Positions 1-13,570 are shown, counted from the first letter of the stretch. The stretch: DNA of 60,647 bases from Oopsacas minuta (GCA_024704765.1 JAKMXF010000331.1:109703-170349); one strand, 5' to 3'. The notes: generated from the letters alone by a model not told the origin. Numbers and translations: made by a program.

Positions 1-379
1 GATAGAATATATTGCAATATATAGATTGACATGTTAAATTATATTATTTATTATGAGTTATTAAATACAATTATCAAATACCTACCACCTTCTGTCCAAG
101 TAATATTATTATAAAATATTTATATACACCTGTCCATTTTTGGCATTTTGGATAATTATACATATTGTAAATTTGTCATACGTAGTGGGAACATGGTTTA
201 CATGTTATCAAACAAATTCACTACTTTCTAGAATCCAACTCTAAATTGACTTGTTTATTCAGTACGTATACGCATAGTTAGTCTAAAGTTGAATTACATT
301 ACATCAGTTAGTGATAATTAGGTGATGAAAGTGTATAGAATTCGAAAAAGTCAAATGACAGAGAAGTAAGATTACTTTA

Positions 380-584
380 GGGTCAGAATCCTACGACAAT
401 AATACATTACATGCGGGTCAGAATCCTACTACAATAATACATTATATACGGGTCATAATCCTACGACAATAATACATTTTGATGCGGGGCAAAATCCTAC
501 GCATAGATTACATCGTAGGATTTTGACCCGCATCATGGATATGCTATTGGGATTTTATATTACGGGTCAAAGTCCTACACAACA
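380..584. repeat. Modular subterminal repeat array ending in ...CCTACACAACA; probable truncated non-autonomous Ginger-type element end
   Basis: Three to four ~35-bp units GGGTCA(G/T)AATCCTACGACAATAATACATT, an inverted copy forming a hairpin (481-535), and an ACA terminus at 584. No matching TGT left end found. Confidence 0.5.
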
Positions 585-1061
585 GCACTCTAGCCAATTT
601 ATAAACCTTGTAGTTGAAATACATTGAGTATATGGTGAAATAATGACAACATTAGTGCGGTAGCGAAATCAGATGTGGGTGATGGAGGTGAAACATGTTT
701 CCAACTAACAGTGGCTTTGGTTTTTTGAACTCACCAGGGGTTCAAGAGGGCTACAATTCAACGAAATATGTATTTCATATACCTAAAAACCATAGTACAT
801 GTAAGCAGGATTCTATGCAGGATGTCAAATTTCGGGGGGAGCATTTGAAAATCAAAATGTTATCAATTATCAAATACTGAAGAACAGTTAAATACCAAAC
901 TTTAAATTAAATTATTAATCTTGAAGATTTCCATTAAGTACTAGTAAAAACACAATATATTTTGCTAGTTGTTTCGAAACGCATCGGTAGAAACTATTGC
1001 TCAGACTCAGATTCATTGTTTGAATCAGTGCCACTACCATCAGTAAAAAGCTAATGGATAA

Positions 1062-3960
1062 CACTGCTCAACAATTTTTTTCATTATTTGTTGCATGAGA
1101 TTTTTTAACTGATTCTATATAATTTTGGGATGCTGATTTCAAATCTGCAATCAGTTACTTTCTGCATACTCTAGTTTTCATGCAATCGACAATTTAAATT
1201 TTCTCGTTTGTGGTACTTATTTAGTCATAAATCTGATCTCCACCAAATTCTTTTTTTATCTATCAAGCCATTTTTCTTTTTGTATGTATCATTCTGGATC
1301 CATTGTGAACATTTGTTAATCATAGCTGAATGATGAGCACGTGGTATTTGAGTATTTTGCAGGCCTGATTACTCAACAGATTTTCAAAGTTAAGGCTACT
1401 TGTTTATGCTTTGTCTATAACATGGTACTAGTGTCTCAGATAGAAGCTTTCTAGTTGTAGCCGATTGCTGTTTAAGTGCATTGAAGAAGTTCGCAATGAG
1501 TTGTGCTTATCAGCCCGAAGCTTCCTGTTGAAAGCCCCACGTTATCAAATTTTATCACCATACTGCATTCCTGTTTTATTGTCCACCTGCGTTAACGCCT
1601 GTTGACCATTTCGTTATACATTCGCAGTTAGTCACTCCACGAGATACAAGAAATATTACAAAGTTAGAATACTTGATTGTAGTGAAGTATTGTGGATAGA
1701 TGCAGCAGAATAGGCATTTAAGCTTTATTTTCCGCTCGTCTGCTGGTAGCCTTAATTAGAATCAAGGTTTTGTTATTAAGTTTGTTTTGTGTTAAGTTAC
1801 GTAGACATCAACAGACTTTCTTTCGATTCTTAACTCTTCAAATTTGATCATGGATTCTACCAATAGACATAAATGCAAAAAATAACCCTGATTCATTTTG
1901 TTACATCTGTGGTGTGTACACGCTTTCACTTTAAAGACGAAATATAACATCGTTTGTGAAGCGTGCCTACATAGTATACTTTGGCATCCCTCTTGGTGAT
2001 CAAGAGAGGAAATGATCTCTTCATATTGTGTGCCACAACTACGAATAAATGCTCCGAGACTGGAGAAAGGAAAGCGAAAGGGTCTGCCTTTTGCCATTCC
2101 AATGGTGTGGCGTGAACCCCAAGACCACACGACTGACTGCCACTTTTGCATGGCCATTACAAAAGGTGTTGGCAAGAAGAGCCGACAAACGCTTACTTAT
2201 CCTAGTATACCATCAGCTATACGACCTGTCCCGCAATTTGATAGACTTCCTCCTCCAGTCTTTAGTGGCTTGCTTTTCCTGATGATGAAGAAACTGAATT
2301 GGAAAGGGAAGAGATCGTAGAAATGGAATATCAAAAAACAGACACAGAATCAGAATCTGAAGATTCTTCTTGTGAAACCAGAGTAACTGTCCAGCAGTTT
2401 AATCAATCAGAACGGAATGACTTAGTACGTGATTTAGATCTGCACAAGCAAGCAGCTGAGCTCTTAGTCTCCAGGCTCAAAGAAAAACAGGTGCTGGATC
2501 GATCTGTAAAGGTTTCCTTCTCGAAAAAGAGAAGAACTCCTCCTACCCTATTTTTTCAGTGGAAAATAAGTTGGTATATTGCAACGATATTCCTGGTCTT
2601 CTCGGACAACTGGGTATCTCCTCATATGATCAAGGAGAATGGCGATTGTTTTTGGACAGTTCCAAGCGCAGCCTCAAGTGTGTTCTTTTACACAATGGAA
2701 ATGTTTATGGAGCTGTTCCAGTTGGTCACTCCACCGTCTTGAAGGAACAGCATGATGACATTAGAATTGTTATGGATTTACTCGGATATCATGATCACAA
2801 CTGGATCATTTGTGTTGACTCAAAATGGTTAGTTTTCTGCTAGGTCAGCAAAAGGATACACTAAATTTCCATGTTAGCTGTGCATGTTGGACAGAAGAGC
2901 ACGTGAAACATTTCAAGCTGGCATGCCTAACGTAACACAGGACCAGATCGTAAACAGAGACAAAATTGTTTTTCCGCCCCTGCACATCAATCTAGGCCTC
3001 ATGAAACAGTTCGTTAAAGCCCTAAATCCTGACAATGAATCCTTTCATCATCTTGTGTATACTTTCCCTGCTTTGTCATATGATAAAATCAAAACAGGAG
3101 TGTTTGATGGACCACAAATACGTACACTTATTCGCGACAAAACTTCATTCAGAAAATGAATCTCAAGGAGAAAGCTGCATGGCTATCTTTTGTGGGTGTT
3201 ATACAGAACTTTCTTGGTAACAGAAAGGCTCCAAACTATGAAATGCTTTATCCAAGATGCTCTCAGGGTTTCGTGATTTAGGATGCAACATGAGCATAAA
3301 AGTACATTTTCTGTACAGCCACCTGGACAAATTTCCTGGAAACCATGGGACTGTCAGTAACGAACAGGGAGAGCGTTTCCACCAGGATCTTATGACAGTG
3401 GAAGAACGCTACCAAGGTCGATGGGATCGACATATGATGACAGACTATTGTTGGGGCATTGAACGTGATTGTCCTCACAAAGCGTACAAACGCAGAAGTT
3501 AGAAGAGGAAATTTCGTCCAGAGTTGTAAAATATTTGAATCTCTTGCATCTTGTCATTTATCGCTTTAAATTACTATTGTAGATTGCCATCGTTCTTTTC
3601 TATGTCATTCTGTAAAAAAATCAATTTTTACATGCATAATAGCAGCAAAACTGTTGTTTTTTACATTTTTAAACATTTGTTGTCTATTTGTCTACAAATA
3701 CAATTTCTATTGGTAACATAAAGTTTTTTGGCATCTATTTTTGTTTTGAGGCTAGTTATTCAACTGTAAGCAGAGCATCATTTTGTCAAATCATGTCACT
3801 TTTTCAAAAAATTTGAATTTTGGGCAAAAAACATTAAAAATTTTGATTGCAAAAATCTAGAGCTTGCGGAAAATAACTAAGGTCGGATTCGGATTCAGCG
3901 CCACAAAATTAGGTCAAACAAGTGTTGGTAGAAATGCAACTAAATCTTTGTTGAGCAGCG
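1062..3960 (+). mobile_element. Chapaev3 (CMC superfamily) DNA transposon, full length, transposase inactivated
   Basis: TIRs CACTGCTCAACAA (1062) / TTGTTGAGCAGCG (ends 3960); TAA on both flanks (1059-1061, 3961-3963), fitting the 3-bp TWA TSD of Chapaev3. Confidence 0.85.
1850..3502 (+). pseudogene. Chapaev3 transposase pseudogene (frameshifts and stops)
   Basis: Fragments in several frames: NPDSFCYICG, IPMVWREPQDHTTDCHFC (Chapa-type Zn finger), LFLDSSKRSLKCVLLHNGN, PPLHINLGLMKQFVKAL, KVHFLYSHLDKFP..VSNEQGERFHQD. Confidence 0.85.
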
Positions 3961-4263
3961 TAATGAATTATATAAAAACAATGGGATGGAACTATTCTGA
4001 TAGCATATTCGAAGGCGAATTGCTTCGAGCAAATAATGTTGAATTATTTACATTATTCTATATTTAGCGGAATAAGTAGTATACATAATTGATATTTTAT
4101 GGTGGAAAAAATATATTTGCCCTTATAGTGTACATGTTTCAGTAATCATTAATAGAAATCGGTACTTGTAAGTTACAATGGCTAAGATACAACAATGAAA
4201 ATTGATCAATATTTTAAAAATTAAGAAAAAAGATAAATTCTTGGGTCTAAACTGAGAATTTAC

Positions 4264-4736
4264 CTTAATAGTTCCATCTTTAGATCCTGAGATAAAACCA
4301 CGCGAATTCGATGAAATAGTTAAAACAATTGATTCATGCGATTTCTTCATTGAAGAGATGATTTTGCAATCTTTGAAAATATATATATCGCCATTACTGG
4401 TACCTGCATAGGTATGAGTGCCATCTGGTGATATAGCTATTGAGAATATGGTTTGCAAGAGATTATCTTTACCAAATTGTCCAGGTTTAACTACCAAAGT
4501 ATTCCCCTTTAATGTCCAAAATTTGATGTTTCTTACTCCAGATGTTATCAACGCATTATTAAGATTTGAAAAGGAAATATCTAAAATGCGGTCACCTGAA
4601 ATAGCTTCAGTAAGTAAAATTCCTTCAAACCAATTCCATACAGAGACAGAATGTTTGACAGTAAGGTTTGCGGATGCTAAATATTTGCCATCAGGAGAAA
4701 AAGCAAGTGCACAGAATCCAGAATTATCAGAATTCC
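4264..4736 (-). CDS. EML5/6: EML5/EML6-like echinoderm microtubule-associated protein, coding exon 2 (WD40 repeats of first TAPE domain)
   Basis: FCALAFSPDG..DRILDISF..SGVRNIKFWTLKGNTL..GQFGK..LQTIF..NGDIYIFK..GFISGSKDGTIK matches the N-terminal TAPE of EML5/6. Acceptor TTTTAG|GG at 4737/4736, donor AAG|GTAAAT at 4264/4263. Later exons not found in the window. Confidence 0.88.
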
Positions 4737-5045
4737 CTAAAATACAAAAAATTAATGAAGACTTCAAAAGTGGAAAGATTGAAAACATTCTACCTAAAAT
4801 TTAACATATCAATGCATTCAATGGCAAAAAGTTGTTGAGTAAGAAATCAACAACAATAACACAATAAGAGAGAAGATTTTCTTAAAGCGGTACGACTCCG
4901 AGTTCCATTGTATTGTCAATAGGCTTATGATTGCTACTGACATCCTTATTCGTTCATTATTTGCATACTAATTCAAAAGCTAGCAATGCCAAACTGATAC
5001 TTTGCAAAATAAAAATAAAAATTTCGTTTGCAATAAAATGAAGTA

Positions 5046-5215
5046 CAGTAGAACTCAGTTAGCACGTACCCTGGATAAGACGTATTTCGGCTTAGTACGT
5101 ACTAAATTTTATGAGCCAAAATTCATTATTACATAGGATTCTATGGAAATACAACTCGGTTAGTACGTACATTTTTAGACTTCCCGAGGGGGTACGCCTT
5201 ATCCGAGTTCTACTG
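5046..5215. mobile_element. pogo/Tigger-like MITE
   Basis: TA|CAGTAGAACTC...GAGTTCTACTG|TA; a degenerate related copy lies at about 7715-7865. Confidence 0.75.
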
Positions 5216-5646
5216 TATATGTAGTGAAGATATAGAATAGATACTCATTCTAAACGACCTATGCGTTCCAAACTAATATACACAAAATTTTTAAATATAT
5301 CGCGAATAAATTTTTGAAGCAAAGTATAAAAAGTGAGTACGGAGTTGGGAAAACATGGAATAAAATTGAGATCGTTCACGAGTGTGAAGTTAGCCTAGTA
5401 TTCGACCATGTAAACTTCAATCACTAATTTAATCACTTGTACACCTCTGATTTAAACTTAATTGTTATCATTCGATAGAAGATTGTTGGACGTTTTAAGC
5501 AATATAAATAAATTTGAAAATTTTCACTTCTAAGTCAGTTATTTTGTCAATGTGAGTATGCACAGTGTGGCAAAATGGCGATTATGGGGTTATAGGTCTT
5601 GCACTGAAGATATATGGCGAAATGGTGTCATATATAGTAAATCGAC

Positions 5647-5871
5647 CGGGGCTGTATCAACTCATTTTGAGTTGGCAAAATCAACTCATTTTATTCAATG
5701 AGTTGAATGAGTTGAAATGAGTTGGTTACATAAGCTAGATGAATTGAATAAGTTGAATGAGTTGGTTACATCCAAATGAATGAGTTGAATGAGTTGGCAC
5801 AATAAAAATGAATGAATTGGTAGAAAAAAATGAGTTAATTTTGCCAACTCAAATTAGTTGATACAGCCCTG
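5647..5871. mobile_element. hAT-type MITE with internal AATGAGTTG tandem repeats
   Basis: TIR C(A/G)GGGCTGTATCAACT; 8-bp flanks AAATCGAC / AAACCGAC (one mismatch). Confidence 0.8.
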
Positions 5872-7084
5872 AAACCGACTCCGTAGATTTCCAAAATGGC
5901 ACCAGAGTTTAATCACACTTCTGGAAATGGTACTATAACGTAATCTGTAGTATTTTGATTTAATTAATAATATGGTTCAATAATAAATGAGTTCTAAATT
6001 TGTGAGTGTTTTATATCAGCCAGCCCTATTTATTGATGAAATTGAATAACAATGCGTATACTGAATTGAATTCAGCATTAGATATTCCATAAAATAATAT
6101 TAATGAATTAGAAATACAGAAATTCCAAAATGTTATAACGAAAATTAAAATATTTCAAATATACATTTCATCCGAATCGGTGTGCCCCATACACAGTATG
6201 AAATATAGAAAGATTACTATTCGAAATTGTCGACTATTCAACTAGCAATTATTTGCATTGTAAGATAGGGGACTTAAAAGGTAGGTCAAGGAGCTGAAAT
6301 TTGGATAAAATAGACTGCTAAAAATGCTCAAGAATGAAAATTAAACCTTTAATTTGTTTGCAAACGAGTTAAAATTAATCACATAATGCATATGAATACT
6401 GATAAATGCCATTGAATTACCGAAAATCCAGGAATGCTGAAATATCGCAAGGGTATTTGAAGAATAAATATTTGTGGTTTTCAAGTTTCAAATTTCAAAT
6501 TTTAGTCTAAGTTTGAGACTTAGGTTAGATATGTTATAAAATCATTAAGTAACTAATAATAGCATATTTCTAGGTTTGAAATAGTATAGAATCGAATGAA
6601 AATCAGCTAGGGGTTATAACGAAATTCAATGGATTTATAGACATTCTAAACCAAACATACAAAAATCGATGTGGAATTACACAACATGCTATTTGCTATA
6701 TCTTGAACGCACACAATATATTCAGCATAGAATTACACATAACTTAGCTTATTCACTATAATAAGGACAACAGTAGAAGAGCTCTTCAATGAATTTGTCT
6801 ACGGCAGACAGTGTGGTGACTGATGATATCCTGGTAATGGTAACTTAACCCAATGGACACTTCTAAATTCTAAAACGCTTTTGTCTAATGTCAATCTTCT
6901 GGCTTGTCTTTCCGTACATTTTTTGTTTCATAATAATGAAGAAATTCTCAACAATTTTCAAGTATCATCAGATGTACTTTCTTCAGAATTTAAGCATGGG
7001 ACTGAATATTATCCACCCAATAAACTAATGCTGATATATAAGTAACATGTGAAGTTAAATTATCAACTACAGATTCCTTAGGTT

Positions 7085-7155
7085 CTGATTTGTACTCCCT
7101 ATTCGGACTATGTCCTGATTTGTACTCCCTATTCGGACTATGTCCTGTCTTGTAC
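7085..7155. repeat. 30-bp tandem duplication (about 2.3 copies)
   Basis: CTGATTTGTACTCCCTATTCGGACTATGTC repeated exactly twice plus a partial copy. Confidence 0.9.
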
Positions 7156-7181
7156 ATGATCCCTTTAATATTACAATTTAG

Positions 7182-7565
7182 CAGGGTTGTTTGGTTTAAA
7201 CCAAAATCCGAGTTTTATCAAAATATCTTATTAAAATTCAATATTTTGATGTTTGTATTATTTTATCAAGCTGATTATGTCCATTCTGATATTATTATGT
7301 ATACATATCGAAAATCTATACATTTGTACAGTCAGGATCGCTTATTGTGAACCCCTTCATATGACTCGGCTTAATACATATCTTGCGCAAGCCGAAGAAT
7401 TGGGAGCTGAGGGGGTCGTTCATAATGAACAAATGTTCATATTAAGCCGGATGGTTCAGTCAGCTGTCGTACAAATCCGATTCAAATACAACAATCCAAC
7501 AAAATCCAAAACAATCCGATTAAAATAAAAAAATCTGATTTAAATCATGATTATTATCAACCCTG
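7182..7565. mobile_element. hAT-type MITE
   Basis: CAGGGTTG...CAACCCTG termini with a perfect 8-bp TSD CAATTTAG. Confidence 0.85.
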
Positions 7566-8047
7566 CAATTTAGGAATAATTTCAATTTATGACTACAAAA
7601 GTGTAGTTCAAAATTATACGACTGGTTCCTCATTCTAAACTCCTTCCTGTTTTATATTACACAGTACTGATTTATACGTTTAACTTGTTTAACAAATAAT
7701 AAAATGTATATATAGTAGGACTAGGTTAGTACGTACTTTTCTCTAGACAGTTTATCAATCCTTGTACTAATTGGATAGGAAAAAGATTCGGATAAAGAGT
7801 ACTTCGGTTAGTATGTACTAACTTTTGTTTCCCGAGGGGGTACTTATTATCCGAGTTATACTCTATTTAATCCATTACAATTTCCGATAAAAGATCAGAA
7901 ATATTTTAGTTTCAATTGTCTACTATTAATGTTTATGTTGCAACCAATTGCCGAAATTAGTTGGCCCAAAGAAATTAGATAATATACTGCAGACACCAGC
8001 AATTATGACTACATTTACTAACATAATAATTGAATTATTATTAAGTA

Positions 8048-8605
8048 CAGTGGAACCCCGCTTAACGGCCACCCCAGAATAGCGGCCACCTCGATATACC
8101 GGCCACCTCGATATACCGGCCACCTCGATATACCGGCCACTTTTAATGTCCCGTTTAATATACTATAGACATTAACATTAATTTATTTCAGAATTCTGGC
8201 CACTCCGCTATTCCGAATTATGACCATACATTTAGAACGAAACCCTATTTAACCTCAGAATTACTGCCAATCTTAACAATAGGGACCACTATTAGATGTT
8301 TGAAAACGAAAATCATTTCTTTGACAACTCAATAACAATACATTGGATTGTATACATATAAATGCAAAGCAGATTAATGAGACAGAAATTCATAGGTTAT
8401 TAATGGAAAAGACCATTTCTGCACGTTTTTCAGATAGCAAACAATCAAAGTTAGATGCACATTTTAACTAATAATTATGTATTAGCATGTTATAATTATT
8501 ATAGAATGGCGAAATATTAATAGAATATGGTTTCTTTCAAAAAGTTTTACAATTACGGCCATTTTTCTCGGTCCCGAGGGTGACAGTATTTCCGGGGTTC
8601 CACAG
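8048..8605. mobile_element. pogo/Tc1-mariner-type MITE
   Basis: TA|CAGTGGAACCCCG...CGGGGTTCCACAG|TA; internal 17-bp tandem GGCCACCTCGATATACC three times. Confidence 0.8.
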
Positions 8606-8945
8606 TATTCTTTACTTAAAATTGGCTAAATCTATCCTTACAATATGGCCAGTTATGATTTATATACATATATGGATCCAAATGGGTTAATAGGTGTGTG
8701 ATTCTAGCGTATCGATCAATTTTTTACCACTCCCAGAAAATACCATCCATTTATTTACCATATCTGAAGTAAAAACCCAAATATCTGTTTGTAATAACAG
8801 TGCTGATGCGAATAACTCAACATCAGTTCCCAATGCTGAGTCATTGTGCATTTAGATTTAGTTATGTAATCGTTAACATTCCTATAATTAATTACAGATC
8901 GTGAAGATTTGTTGCAAATAAACTTATTACATTCTTCCTTCGAAT

Positions 8946-11900
8946 CAGAGTTGGAATTTGCATATAGAACTTTAACTCAATGGATTCAAAAAGAACATTT
9001 ACGGGGTAAATATTATTAACCCATACCAATGCAAGAACAATTTTCCTTAACACACAAAACATGCAACTAGCTACTTAATTTACTCAATACTATATTACGT
9101 AACGAGTCGATATTTTTAATAACAAGTAAATATGCCTGTTCGTGAGAATATCAACACTTGCAGAAATTCTTCAGACAGAAATAATGATTTTTTATGGGTG
9201 CTTCATTTCACAATTGCACGTGGCCGGGCAGAATTCGGGAAGTCATTCGATGCTATCAGTCGGTTGAATGACAATGAAGATGGGAATTCTATACCACACA
9301 TTGTGAAGTCTTCTTCATCCGCCGGTTTTGCAAGCACGTATTGAAAAACGACTCAAAGATCACGAATTCTTCCACCCTCAGTTGCCATGCTGAAAATTGC
9401 AACAAGCTACATGGACTATCCCAACAACTCATCAGTAGCACCTTCAAGAAGCTCACTGTTCTGAGTGAAAAGCAAAAAAACAAGATCAAGAATGCAGAGT
9501 TAGGATTCTGCGTGATGGGACATCAATCCCTCAATTCTCTCCAAAATGAGGGACATATTGGCTTGCTGCAGACATTTGTAAACATCGCATCAAAAGTGGG
9601 ATGTTTCATGTGAAGGCCGTCTTGTTAAGGAGAAAGACCATTTCGGACTTTGGCAAACAGAAAGTAAGTTAATCCGTTGTATTTATTTATACGTATTTCA
9701 GAGTATGGTACGAGTTTCAATGGTAAAGCAATCGATTAAGTATTCATATCGATAATTCAAAGGAGTCTGATTGATTAGGAAATAAATAATGAGACTCCGC
9801 CCGCCCGCGTCCTCAGCGGAATTTCTTGCTGAAATAGGTTTATCATTAACAGTGGCCTAATATAATAAGCGAGCCAGACAATAAATATTATTTAACTTTT
9901 GTTAATTAGGTTGAATAGGTAAAGGAAAAACTAATTGAAAGGTTAGTTGAGCCCCAGAAAGCTGACAGTCTCTCGATTACGCTAGATCTATGGACAGATG
10001 ATTATCAACACAGCTTATATCTGGATGTCCACGCATTTTGGATCGATACCGATTTTGTACTGCAGCACTGTACCCTAACCATCCGTCACTTCGGTCCAAA
10101 TCCCCACACAACTGAAAACATCATATAGGCAGTTCATATTATCCTGTCGGAGTACAATATTGATATCTAATTGATAACTTCCACCACAGAGCATGGTTCC
10201 AACATTGTCTCAGCTTTCAACATATGCGAAACTTGTGCAAGGTACAAGCTTGAAACCATAATGGGCCAGTTGCTTATCATTTGATATTGGCATAGTATAA
10301 TACTTGATACAATATATATTTTAGATTGGATTGTATGGCTCATCGTCTTCATACTTGTTGGACAACGATATGGTCGAATGTATGTATACAAATCTAAAGC
10401 TGATGGAATACAACCATGCAACCGCAGCTTTGACCAAATACTGCAACCAAGCAAGTGGAGTTAAAGAACAGCTCCCGGAATCAAATAAAAAAAGGCAGCA
10501 GAACCAGGTTTTTAATATTTCTCTTTGTGTTATTTGGCATATTTGATTATATTACATGTTACATTCATGTAGTATAATCAAATATGCCACCTCTTAAATA
10601 CATCACCCTTATTTAGGAGGTGGCAAGGTCTTATTGACCGTGCACGTTCCATTGATGCGGGATACGATTGCCTTCTGCGAATACTTTCCGAGCCGCACAG
10701 AAACCGACTAATGCTGATCGCATGAATCGACAGCAAACTAAACTCTGACATCCTCACATTTATGGATCATTTCGGCAAATTATTAGAGATTTAAATTCAT
10801 AATTTTCTATCGTAATTGTAGCCTTAGTTTACGAAGTGGACCTTCATGTAAATATATATATATATATATATAAGTATACAATTTTATAATTATGTACAAA
10901 TTAAACTAAGACATTTGTAATAAGTAATATTATAACTCTAGATTCTGCAGTCCAGTACAATACCTACAATCAACTATACAGTTCTGGTATACTACAAGGC
11001 TGTGGCGTTCGCTCAAACAAGTGAATGTGACAGCCTAGAAATTGCTAAACAAAGAAAGAGTTGATCATTCACTTAAATGTAAAATATTTCGAGGAATCTC
11101 TCAAGACTCACCACTGGCTGTCAACATTCCTCTACCCAATGTTCAAACGTTTTGATTTCCTTCCAAACATCACCTATGCTTATCTATTCAAGGCTCAACT
11201 TCTAGTTGACCTTGAGTTATGGATAATGAATCAGATGGATAACATCGTCAATCGTGCTACTTTCGATCAGAGAAGTGAGCCAACTAACAAACGACAATGT
11301 GTGTCAGCTGGAAACGAGCACATCTTTTCTGACTTGCGGGATGGCGCAACTTCAGGGATCTCAGTTACCGAAAACTCTCCATATCCACAGCAAGAACAGT
11401 GCAGACAGGTGGGTTATCATTATATATATAGAGGATGGAATCCGATGGATGCAAGATCTTTTGATTGATTATTTATAAATATATCTGATATGTTTTAGGA
11501 ATTTGAAGACTACAAGACTATGTCACCAGCATTATCGAATATAACTGAAGATAACAACCCTCTTATCTTCTGGAGAGAAAATCAAAGGAAATTTCGAATT
11601 CTAAGCCGATTGGCAAAAATGTTGTTTGCGGAACAATGTTCTAGTGCACAATCAGAACGTGATTTCTCATCCTGTGGCAAACACTCACTGAGCGGAGAAG
11701 TTTACTTTCGCCAGAAACAGTGTAGGCGCTGGAGATTTAATATTCAACCGAAAAACATCAAAAGAAAACTTGTTTGACTAAGATTAGTCACAAAGTCTAC
11801 AAAACATATACCTAGAGGAATTTCAGTTGATACTACACTTTTTTCCACTTCGGGTTCGGATCGGGTCGGGTTCTGAAAAGTGGACCCGATTCCAACTCTG
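8946..11900 (+). mobile_element. hAT transposon with decayed, intron-containing transposase
   Basis: TIR CAGAGTTGGAAT / ATTCCAACTCTG; flanks CTTCGAAT / CTTAAAAT (6/8). Motifs ITLDLWTD, DCMAHRLH, FLYPMFKRFDF, and the C-terminal hAT dimerisation motif NPLIFWRENQRKFRILSRLAK..SSAQSERDFSSCG. Confidence 0.75.
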
Positions 11901-12695
11901 CTTAAAATTTCTAATGTTATTTTTACAATTAAAGGACGCATTATATGGAAATTGTCGATACTCCTTGTGAGACAATATGAAAGAGAAGAAAATAAACGAT
12001 TTCCATCTCCGGGAACATTGAGCGTTGGAATACGATTTCTTAGATTTGAATTTTCAGGACATCTCGAAAAATCTTTAGAATTTATGTTGCATACGCGTAC
12101 ACACGATTAAAATCAAAATTTGGAATTTTGTATAGTCATGATGACGGAATACTCCCATGATGAGTTTATATCCAGTGAAGATTATGATGTCAGAACGTGT
12201 GACATATTGAGGGGTCCCTGTGATTAAAATTTCAAACTCAATCATGTATATTGGCTGAGCAGTGGTTAATAATTAGATTTATCAAAAATCCAAAAAGGTG
12301 AACATTACGTCATAATTACGTCATATGTGTGAATTTTAGTCCAAGACTAGAAGCTCCCCGAGCCAGACCCAAAATGCCCCTGTATAAAAATATTCTGCCA
12401 CATTCCTGAAATCTTTAATGAAGCACCTATGGGAAGATACCCTAAAGCTATGGACTATGTAAAACGTCGGTCCGTTCGGGGATTGTGGGCCGTGGGAAAA
12501 TCGAATTAACATGAAAATTGGTTATAATCTGCATTTTGAGTTGGAGATTTGCACGGTTGCACCTCGGCCATTCAATTTACTAAAGTGAAAGTTGTCAGGG
12601 CTAATTGTGCAGGTAAAGGTCAATTTTGTGATTTTCAGAGTCATAAAGTTATAAATTCCAGATTTCTATTAAGGATAATCCATAGCATTTTATAT

Positions 12696-12912
12696 GGGCT
12701 GCATGCTTTAGTTAGAATTTTAAGGTTGTCATTAGTTAGAATTTTCTGAATTGTAACAAGTTAGAATCAATTTTTAGTCGATTCTAACTTATTACAATCG
12801 ACTAAAAATCGATTCTAACTTGTTCAATAGACTAAAAATTGATTCTAACTTGTTATAATTCAGAAAATTCTAACTAATGACAACCTTAAAATTCTAACTA
12901 AAGCAGCGCCCC
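12696..12912. mobile_element. Foldback MITE with modular arms, probably MULE-type
   Basis: About 75-bp near-perfect inverted arms built from (G)TTAGAAT/ATTCTAAC units; GGG..CCC ends; 9-bp flanks ATTTTATAT / CTTTTATAC (7/9). Confidence 0.6.
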
Positions 12913-13570
12913 CTTTTATACATTTAGGTAATGGTGTTGATTGTGGACTTGGACCAGGGATACGTAAAGTCAGTACAAAGGAATTCTTTTTAGTTGCGAT
13001 AACATTTAAACGGTACATTTTGGCCCCAATAAATGGATCATTGGTATTTGACCTTACTCACAGACATATTTTAACGATATTCACCTATAATTGGACAACC
13101 TTCAATGTTATGGCCAAATCAACTATAACATATAGCATATACCCGAATTCCCATACCCTGAAAATACATTTTGGTATGATGCCTCCAAAGAATTTTGTGC
13201 AGTCATCAATAATACTATTATGGTAATTTTCAAGATTACGTAATTATCATCAAGGCGATCAATCAAAGTGAATTATCAGGGCATGGGAAGTCGGGCATAT
13301 AGTGAAAATTTAGGAATTATAGTATATTCCTACTTCGCGCAACCAAGTGGCAATATTTTTCATGTGGAGATATTTCCCATGGATTAATGTCAGGCATGTC
13401 GTCAGGGAGTTGTTTGGAAACTTGGCTTCCCCTGGTTCAGAGATAGAACTGGTAGGTCGGGTTGGGTACCGGTCAAGTTCTGACCAGCCCATTGACCCCT
13501 GACTATTTGAGATTATCCAAAAGGGAATAATTAAAAAATCTAATTAAAAATAAATTTAGCATAAAATTAC

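Noticed and set aside
121-260. Candidate EML exon 3 (TTTAG|AGT TGG...)
   Set aside because: The required phase-0 frame stops after 10 codons and shows no WD40 similarity.
4418-4804. 128-aa plus-strand ORF, and similar antisense ORFs (1792-2175, 47649-48125, 49007-49306, 19764-20078)
   Set aside because: They are shadows of real coding sequence on the opposite strand and have no motifs of their own.
10850-10872. (TA)n microsatellite
   Set aside because: An ordinary short repeat inside the hAT element with no further significance.
13277-13501. Possible hAT MITE (CAGGGCATGGG / CCCATTGACCCCTG)
   Set aside because: TIR match is weak and the 8-bp flanks (TGAATTAT / ACTATTTG) do not match.
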